Assembly (NCBI GenBank): GCA_965223705.1
Contig: OZ245015.1
Location: 768,001-832,000, forward strand
DNA: 64,000 bases
Direction: 5' to 3'
Origin: Myxococcota bacterium
Lineage (GTDB): Bacteria; Myxococcota_A; UBA9160; UBA6930
Part shown: in pieces, positions 57,618 through 64,000 of the stretch
Layout of the letters: each line of letters begins with the position of its first letter
Numbering within the stretch: position 1 is the first letter of the stretch
Notes under the pieces: model-generated
The model's database searches: none
What the model saw: the letters and a program-made list of their open reading frames with translations, nothing else
Told to the model about the DNA's origin: nothing
Position numbers and translations under genes: made by a program

Positions 57618-58040
57618 ATGGCCACCGTTTTCAGCAAGATCATCGCCGGGGAACTCCCCGGTCGATTTGTTTGGCGGGACGATCGCGTCGTCGCGTTCTT
57701 GACCATCGAGCCCTTGACGCCGGGCCACACGTTGATCGTCCCGATCGAAGAGGTCGACCACTGGCTCGATCTCAACGACGACTTGGCGGATCACGTGATG
57801 CGCGTGTCGCGCTCGGTGGGAAAGGCCATCGAGCACGCGTTCAACTGCGAGCGGGTGGCATTGATCATCGCGGGCTTCGAAGTGCCCCACGTGCATGTTC
57901 ATGTGTCCGCCGCGAACTCGATGGCCGATCTCGACTTTGCGCGCGTCGAGCGCAACCCGTCGCCTGACGCTCTGGATGCCGCGGCCGAAGCGGTTCGAGG
58001 CGCGCTCCGAGAGTTAGGTTACGGCGAGGTCGCAGACTGA
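57618..58040 (+). CDS. HIT family hydrolase
   Basis: TVFSKII.GE.P, PGHTL and VPHVHVHV histidine triad. Confidence 0.92.
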   Translation: MATVFSKIIAGELPGRFVWRDDRVVAFLTIEPLTPGHTLIVPIEEVDHWLDLNDDLADHVMRVSRSVGKAIEHAFNCERVALIIAGFEVPHVHVHVSAANSMADLDFARVERNPSPDALDAAAEAVRGALRELGYGEVAD

Positions 58041-58075
58041 AGGGATCGCTCCCCGAACGAAGCGGCGAGCGGGCA

Positions 58076-59320
58076 GTGCGGTGGGCCGTGTTGGTTCTCG
58101 TTTCGCTTTTCGCCCTCCCGGCCCACGCGAGAGCGCCCACAGTTATCGTCGTCTCGATGGACGGGGTGCGGTTCGACGCACTCGACGATGTGCACCTCGC
58201 GGGTTTCGCACGCATGGTCGAGGAAGGCACCCGCGCTCGCGCGCTGGTGCCGATCTTTCCATCGAGCACGTTCCCGAACCACGTGAGCCTCGCGACGGGC
58301 GCGCCGGCCGATCGTCACGGCATTGTGGGCAATCGGTTTCTCGATCGGGAGCGAGGCGCTTTCGACTACGAGAACGATGCCAGCTGGATCCAAGCGGAGC
58401 CGCTGTGGGTGGCCGCCGAGCGACAGGGGTGCCGCGCGGCGACGTTCTATTGGGTCGGCTCCGAGACGAAATGGCGGGGAATCGCGCCCACCTACCTTCG
58501 GGCCCCGTTTTCCTCCGAGACGCCGGAAAGCGAAAAGATTCGCCAGGTGCTGGCGTGGATGGACCTCCCCGAAGCGGAGCGCCCGCAGCTCATCATGACC
58601 TGGTGGCATGGGAGTGACCACGCGGCACATCGCCACGGACCGGAGAGCGGAGCCGCGCGAGGCGCGCTCGTCGCGCAGGACGAGGCGCTCCGATCCCTGC
58701 TGCGCGGCCTCGATGAGCGAGACGCTTGGGAAGACACCACGCTCTACGTGGTGAGCGATCACGGCATGACCGGTTCGCAACAGATCGTCGATCCGATCTC
58801 GGCCCTCAAACGCGCGGGCGTGTACGCCGAGGTCTCCTATGGAATGGCTGTCGCGCACGCGTTCACCGAGCACGCCGAAGTTCAAGAGCGGGTACTGCAC
58901 GTTTGGAACGCACTGCCCGGCGTCGTCGCGTACGAAGCGGGCGGCCTTCCCCAGCGGCTCCGCTTCAGTCACCCGACGCGAACAGGGGATGTCGTCGCGG
59001 TCGCGTCGCCGCCTGTCCGCTTCGCCCCCAAGAGTGTGTTCCGTCGGGGCGCGGCGCGGGTGCTCTCTTGGTTGGGCGCGACCGTCGGCGCTCACGGTTA
59101 CGATCCGGCGGAGGTGCCCGAGATGCACGGGATCTGGCTGGGCCTCGGACGTGGCGTCGCTTCTGGCGCACTCGCCGACGAGGCGTCGGTCCTCGACGTG
59201 GCCCCGAGCGTGGCGCGCCTCCTCGGGATCAAAGCTCCCCGCCACAGCGAAGGCACGGTCCGCGAGAGTTTCGCGAACCCGGCGGGTGCTAGTCTCCCGC
59301 AAACGGAGGAGACGCGATGA
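58076..59320 (+). CDS. Exported nucleotide pyrophosphatase/phosphodiesterase (alkaline phosphatase superfamily)
   Basis: VSMDGVR, PSSTFPNH...TG, D...H..GP, VSDHGM and GAHGY motifs. Confidence 0.88.
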   Translation: MRWAVLVLVSLFALPAHARAPTVIVVSMDGVRFDALDDVHLAGFARMVEEGTRARALVPIFPSSTFPNHVSLATGAPADRHGIVGNRFLDRERGAFDYENDASWIQAEPLWVAAERQGCRAATFYWVGSETKWRGIAPTYLRAPFSSETPESEKIRQVLAWMDLPEAERPQLIMTWWHGSDHAAHRHGPESGAARGALVAQDEALRSLLRGLDERDAWEDTTLYVVSDHGMTGSQQIVDPISALKRAGVYAEVSYGMAVAHAFTEHAEVQERVLHVWNALPGVVAYEAGGLPQRLRFSHPTRTGDVVAVASPPVRFAPKSVFRRGAARVLSWLGATVGAHGYDPAEVPEMHGIWLGLGRGVASGALADEASVLDVAPSVARLLGIKAPRHSEGTVRESFANPAGASLPQTEETR

Positions 59321-60462
59321 GACGTGTTGTGTTTGGCGACGAGCACGAGCTGTTTCGCGAGCAAGTGCGCCGCTTTGTACGCGAGGAAGTCGAGCCCTTG
59401 GTCCCGAAGTGGAACGAAGCCGGGATGAGCGATCGCGACACCTGGCGACGCGCAGGAGAGGAAGGCCTACTCGGTGTCAACGCCCCGGAAGAGTACGGCG
59501 GGGCAGGCGCCAATTTCTTGTACTCCGCCATCGTCATCGAAGAAATCGCCTACGCACGGGCGCACGGACTCCACGTGCCGCTTCATGCCGACATTTGCAT
59601 GCCGTACCTGACGACCTACGGAAATGCGGCGCAGAAAGAGAAGTACCTTCCGGGTGCGATCTCCGGCGAGATTATTCTCGGGATTTGTATGACCGAGCCG
59701 GGTACGGGCTCGGACCTCGCGGCCGTTCAGACGACTGCGATTCGCGACGGCGATGACTACGTCATCAACGGGTCCAAAACGTTCATCTCGAACGGTCAGA
59801 TCGGCGACCTGTATATCGTCGTGGCGAAGACCGATTCGCAAGCCGACCCGCCCCACAAGGGCATCAGCTTGATCTTGGTCGAGGCGAACACGCCGGGTTT
59901 TGAACGGGGACGGAAGCTCGACAAACTCGGCCTGCGCGGCCAGGACACGAGCGAGCTGTTTTTCAAGGATTGTCGGGTTCCCGTAGACAACCTCCTCGGC
60001 GAGGAAGGCCAGGGCTTCCGGATGCTGATGGAGGCCTTGCAACAAGAGCGGCTGGTTGTCGGGGTCGGTTCCATGGCGTCGTGCCGGCGCGCGCTCGACG
60101 ACACCATCGCCTACGTGAAAGAGCGCAAGGCGTTCGGTCGGCGCATCGCGGATTTTCAGAACACGCAGTTCAAACTCGCGGAGCTCTCAACCGAAGTCGA
60201 GATCGGTCAGGTCTTTGTCGACCGCCTCGTCGCGGCGCATGTCGCTGGCGATGACATCGTGACGGAAGTCAGCGGTGCGAAGTGGTGGACCACGGACTTG
60301 CAGAAGAAATTGACCGCTGAATGCCTCCAGCTGCACGGGGGCTACGGGTTCATGCGCGAGTATCCGATCGCCGAAGACTTTGCGGACGCGGCCGTGCAGT
60401 CGATCTACGCCGGAACCAACGAGATCATGAAGGTGATTATCTCTCGGAGAATGGGGCTCTAG
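59317..60462 (+). CDS. Acyl-CoA dehydrogenase
   Basis: MTEPGTGSD, GSKTFISNG, QLHGGYG and IYAGTNEIMK motifs. Confidence 0.93.
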   Translation: MRRVVFGDEHELFREQVRRFVREEVEPLVPKWNEAGMSDRDTWRRAGEEGLLGVNAPEEYGGAGANFLYSAIVIEEIAYARAHGLHVPLHADICMPYLTTYGNAAQKEKYLPGAISGEIILGICMTEPGTGSDLAAVQTTAIRDGDDYVINGSKTFISNGQIGDLYIVVAKTDSQADPPHKGISLILVEANTPGFERGRKLDKLGLRGQDTSELFFKDCRVPVDNLLGEEGQGFRMLMEALQQERLVVGVGSMASCRRALDDTIAYVKERKAFGRRIADFQNTQFKLAELSTEVEIGQVFVDRLVAAHVAGDDIVTEVSGAKWWTTDLQKKLTAECLQLHGGYGFMREYPIAEDFADAAVQSIYAGTNEIMKVIISRRMGL

Positions 60463-61394
60463 AAGTCCGCAGTCGCCGGCGCGCCGGGTACGGGCGCGCC
60501 GGCGAGGTGCCCGCCGCCGATCACTCGTAGTTCCGTCACGCCAAAACATTCCCCGGCGTAGCGCCTGAAAAGGTTCTGTTCCGCGGGGTCGAGCGATTCC
60601 CAAGCGGGGTGGAGGGAGGCCCGAGCGTGCTGTGGCTGCCAGGCGAAGACCAAGGCATCGAAGTGTCGTCGCGGCACCGTGCAGAGTCCCACTTGGTTTT
60701 CGTCGCGAACATGGCGGGCGAGTTCCGAGAGTGCGTCGCGAAGTTCTCCTCCCGCCGAGAGATCGGGTGACGTGGCGTCTGCGGGAACCCAGCCGTCGAC
60801 CAGTCCGCGAACTTCTTTCCAGCCCTTCGACACGGCGTACACGCGCACGTGGCCCGCTTCGGGCAAGGTACCCACCGCGGAGTCCCGCAAGCTCGGACCT
60901 TCTCTCACCACGGTCCCCGGAATCACGACGCGCTCGCGACGGAGGAAGGGCCCCATTTTCGGAGGCGATGTATCGAAGGTGACCGGCGCCGCGCTTTCGG
61001 ACGTGCCAACTGCGGCTTCGGTCCACGGGGCCGGCGGCGCCAAGCGAAACGCTCCGGCGACCAGGCAGCGACATTCCGAGTGCGCGGTGTCTTTGGGAAA
61101 CACCGAATGCAGGGTTCTCTCACTGTGAGGCGGAACCTCGCCGCCTTCTTCTACCCCGTTCAGGAACAAGACATTGCGGCTCTTCGGACGGAACGCGCCA
61201 CAAGAAAGATCTGCGACCGCGAGTGCGCGGGCCCCGGTGGTGACAATCACTTCAGCGCGAACGAGATCGGGAGCTCGGGGCACTTCGGTACAGCGCGCGA
61301 TATCGATCCGCGGAGAAGACGACCGCCCTTCCGCGAGCGAGGGCGCGTGCATGAAGCACACGGCCAAGGCGATGCCGAACGAGAGACCCCTCAT
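60459..61394 (-). CDS. Hypothetical exported protein with a possible SH3-like segment
   Basis: Signal-like N-terminus; VREGPS...VGTL...GW..V...GWV pattern; fills the gap between two known genes. Confidence 0.5.
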   Translation of the reverse strand: MRGLSFGIALAVCFMHAPSLAEGRSSSPRIDIARCTEVPRAPDLVRAEVIVTTGARALAVADLSCGAFRPKSRNVLFLNGVEEGGEVPPHSERTLHSVFPKDTAHSECRCLVAGAFRLAPPAPWTEAAVGTSESAAPVTFDTSPPKMGPFLRRERVVIPGTVVREGPSLRDSAVGTLPEAGHVRVYAVSKGWKEVRGLVDGWVPADATSPDLSAGGELRDALSELARHVRDENQVGLCTVPRRHFDALVFAWQPQHARASLHPAWESLDPAEQNLFRRYAGECFGVTELRVIGGGHLAGAPVPGAPATADF

Positions 61395-61441
61395 CGACCG
61401 GAACCGTAGCGTTCCTCGGTGCTTCGCTACAGTCGGTCGGT

Positions 61442-62272
61442 ATGACGGGGCGGGTCCGAACCATCGTTTTCTCTTTGCTCGCGCTCGTGCTCGCCTGCGG
61501 GTCGGACGAGCGTCTCTACGACGTCATCGGGGTCGTCGAAGCCGTCCGCCCCGAAGACAACCAAGTGATCATCGCGCACGAGGACATCCCAGGTCTGATG
61601 CCCGCCATGACGATGAATTTCGACCTGGAAGACCCGACGATTGCGGAGCGTTTCTCCCCCGGCGACGCGATCCGTTTCGAGTTGGTATTCAACGGGCGCG
61701 CCTACTTGATCCGCTCCGCCGAGCGTCTGGGCGAGGCTGAAGTGAACGCGCGGAAAGATCGGGGAGAACTCACCCGACCCGCCGACCCGGTTCCCGATTT
61801 CGAGCTCGTCAACCAACGGGGCGAGGCGGTCTCATCGAAAGGCATGCGGGGCAAGGTGCTCCTCATCGATTTCATTTACACCCATTGCCCGGGGCCATGT
61901 CCCATCCTCACGGGCGTCAATGCCGAAGCCAACGAGCTCATCGCCGATCTCCACGACCGCGTGGTGTTTTGTTCGATTTCCCTCGATCCCGAACGCGACG
62001 ATCCCGAAACCCTCGCGCGCTACGCCGAGGCTCGCGGCGCGGACGCCCCGAACTGGCACTTCTTGACCGGGGCGCCCGAAGTGGTGGCCGACGTGATTCA
62101 ACGCTTCGGCGTGGCGAGTCTGCCCGCGGCCGATGGCGAGATCGATCACACGGTCGCTCGTTTCCTGGTGGACGCCTCTGGCCGGATCGAAGAGCGTTAC
62201 ATGGGCCTCACGCACGACGCGCCGAAGCTCGCTGAAGCGATCCGCCGGGTCGTGGAGCGCGGCTCGTCCTAG
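61442..62272 (+). CDS. CusF-like copper-binding domain fused to SCO1/SenC (lipoprotein)
   Basis: LAC lipobox-like motif, HEDIPGLMPAMTMNF, FIYTHCPGPCP and IDH. Confidence 0.85.
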   Translation: MTGRVRTIVFSLLALVLACGSDERLYDVIGVVEAVRPEDNQVIIAHEDIPGLMPAMTMNFDLEDPTIAERFSPGDAIRFELVFNGRAYLIRSAERLGEAEVNARKDRGELTRPADPVPDFELVNQRGEAVSSKGMRGKVLLIDFIYTHCPGPCPILTGVNAEANELIADLHDRVVFCSISLDPERDDPETLARYAEARGADAPNWHFLTGAPEVVADVIQRFGVASLPAADGEIDHTVARFLVDASGRIEERYMGLTHDAPKLAEAIRRVVERGSS

Positions 62273-63192
62273 GCGTTCTCGACGGCGATGAAGCTCTGAC
62301 CCCGGTGACCGAAATCGAAACGGTCGGGGTGGATGATCTCGGCGAGGATTTCGAGCGATTCCAGAAGGCGCGGCCCGGACCGATTGAAGTAGTGGTTGCC
62401 GTCGGCGACGAAGACCCGCCCGTCGCGCACCGCCCGGAGCGCGCCGAAGCCCGGCAGCGCCTGGAGCAGCGGTAGCTCTTCGAGCGCTCGGGGAATGTCG
62501 AAACCGCACGGGATGATGAGCAAGATCTCGGGATCGGCGGCGCGCACGTCCTCCCACTGAATCCAGGGCGAGAGCTCACCGTGATCGCCAAAGACGGACG
62601 TCGCGCCGGCGAGTTCGACGAGCTCGGGCATCCAGTTGCCCGCCGCCATCAAGGGCTCGATCCACTCGATCGAGACGAGGCTCGGACGTCCCCCGGCGCC
62701 TGCGGCGCGGTCGGCGACCTGCTGGGTGGCGTTCCGAAGCGACGCCGCGACCGCGCGCCCGTTCTCCGCTCGACCGATCGCGTCCCCGATCCGCTCGATG
62801 TCCCGCCACACATCGGCCAGGTGTCGCGGCGCGAGCGATAGCACCTCCGGTCGTGCACCCATCCAGTCTGCAACGGCGGCGGTGACGTCGGCGATCCCCG
62901 CAGCACAGACCTCGCACTGGTCTTGGGTGAGGATCACATCGGGCCGGACCGAGCGAAGCCCTTCTGGATCGACGCGGTAGACCGAGAGACCATCGCGAAC
63001 CAGCGCGCGAACCCGCTCGTCGATTTGCGCGCTGCTGCCTTCGGGATCGAACTTTGGTTCCGTGAGCGGCGGAAGTTCGCTCACACCCGGAGGAAAATCG
63101 CACTCGTGCGAGCGCGCGACGAGTTCGTCGCGAGCCCCTAGGGCGCACACGATTTCGGTCAGACTCGGCAGTAGCGAAGCGATCCTCGGCAC
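62269..63192 (-). CDS. Cobalamin/iron ABC-type substrate-binding-like protein
   Basis: RIASLLPSLTEI, SHECDFP, TQDQCEVC and YFNRSGPRL motifs. Confidence 0.8.
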   Translation of the reverse strand: MPRIASLLPSLTEIVCALGARDELVARSHECDFPPGVSELPPLTEPKFDPEGSSAQIDERVRALVRDGLSVYRVDPEGLRSVRPDVILTQDQCEVCAAGIADVTAAVADWMGARPEVLSLAPRHLADVWRDIERIGDAIGRAENGRAVAASLRNATQQVADRAAGAGGRPSLVSIEWIEPLMAAGNWMPELVELAGATSVFGDHGELSPWIQWEDVRAADPEILLIIPCGFDIPRALEELPLLQALPGFGALRAVRDGRVFVADGNHYFNRSGPRLLESLEILAEIIHPDRFDFGHRGQSFIAVENA

Positions 63193-63212
63193 AGGCCCTA
63201 TGCTAACCGCGC

Positions 63213-63671
63213 ATGCTCATCCCGCCGCACCTCCGAGCAGCGATCCTCGCCCGTTGGCCCGTCGCGCGCCTCGCGACACACGGGAAAGACGGCGGGCTGT
63301 TTCAGGTCCCTCTGGTGTTCGCGCAGCAGGGCGACTTCTTGTGGTCGCCGGTGGACGGCAAGCCGAAACGCGGCACTTCGCTTTCTCGCCTCGACTACGT
63401 GAGAAGCAATCCGCGTGCGAGTCTTTTGCTCGATCACTACGACGCCGATTGGACGGCTCTCTGGTGGGTGCGCATCGAGGCGCGCGCAGAAGTGGTCGCG
63501 CTCGAAGACGACCGTCGAGAACCGGTCGAACGGGCTCTCCGCGCGAAGTACACTCAGTACGCCACCACGCCGGTCTTTCTCGGACAACCGACGGCTTTAG
63601 CCTTCCGGATCGAGTCGACCCGCAGCTGGTGCGCCGACGACACCCGACTCGAACTCCCGCAACTGCGTTAG
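63213..63671 (+). CDS. Pyridoxamine 5'-phosphate oxidase-like (PPOX class, possibly F420-dependent) protein
   Basis: VARLAT, VP.VF, VDGKPK, NP.ASLLLDHYD.DW..LWWV and KY.QY motifs. Confidence 0.8.
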   Translation: MLIPPHLRAAILARWPVARLATHGKDGGLFQVPLVFAQQGDFLWSPVDGKPKRGTSLSRLDYVRSNPRASLLLDHYDADWTALWWVRIEARAEVVALEDDRREPVERALRAKYTQYATTPVFLGQPTALAFRIESTRSWCADDTRLELPQLR

Positions 63672-63738
63672 AATCCGGGGCCCGGCAGAAGCCCCCGTCC
63701 ACGGTCGAATCCCATCTCATTGAAAAGGAGCCCCGAGC

Positions 63739-64000
63739 TTGGCTCAAGAGTTCGTCTACACGATGCAAGAAGTGCGCAAGGTGGTTCCGCCGGATCGCGT
63801 GATCCTAGACGGAATTACGCTCGCGTTTCTTCCCGGAGCCAAGATCGGGGTGCTCGGTGCCAACGGCGCGGGAAAGAGCAGCTTGCTGCGTGTGATGGCT
63901 GGCCTCGACCCCGACATTCTCGGCGAAGCGCGCCCCAGTCCCGGAGTCCGAGTCGGCTACCTGCCCCAGGAGCCCGAGCTGGATCCGGACAAGGACGTCC
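63739..64000 (+). CDS. ettA: Energy-dependent translational throttle ABC-F protein, 3'-truncated by the window edge
   Basis: Hand translation [10 protein letters not shown]...[21 protein letters not shown]...[19 protein letters not shown] before TTG. Confidence 0.92.
   Translation, partial: MAQEFVYTMQEVRKVVPPDRVILDGITLAFLPGAKIGVLGANGAGKSSLLRVMAGLDPDILGEARPSPGVRVGYLPQEPELDPDKDV

Noticed and set aside
1..64000. CRISPR arrays, tRNA/rRNA genes, IS elements, prophage
   Set aside because: No regularly spaced repeats, RNA-gene signatures, transposase or integrase motifs seen; intergenic gaps are short

Overview
Gene-dense, high-GC bacterial chromosomal segment with about 57 protein-coding genes. 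No rRNA, tRNA, CRISPR array, prophage or transposase was seen. Gene content (deltaproteobacterial-type small HTH, Hanks kinase, MMPL, histone-fold protein) tentatively suggests a Myxococcota/deltaproteobacteria-like organism; this is inference only. Most genes are housekeeping or metabolic: a polyphosphate cluster (ppk2, ppk1, SixA-Ppx fusion), egtB, class I fumarase, ptsP, cyoE-SURF1, leuS, ppsR, aguBA, frdABCD, sucA, an M1 aminopeptidase and ettA. The standout is a 155-aa gene at 53916-54383 (-) encoding a bacterial histone (Bd0055-like fold with an RxTxxxxD motif) fused through a basic linker to an N-terminal ZZ-type zinc finger. Other points of interest are an ATP-grasp/7TM-transglutaminase/two-peptidase operon, a type-I-receptor-like TPR Ser/Thr kinase, an 11-codon duplicated coupling ORF inside frd, a long intergenic inverted repeat, and several probable CTG starts. 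Many start positions are best guesses made by eye.
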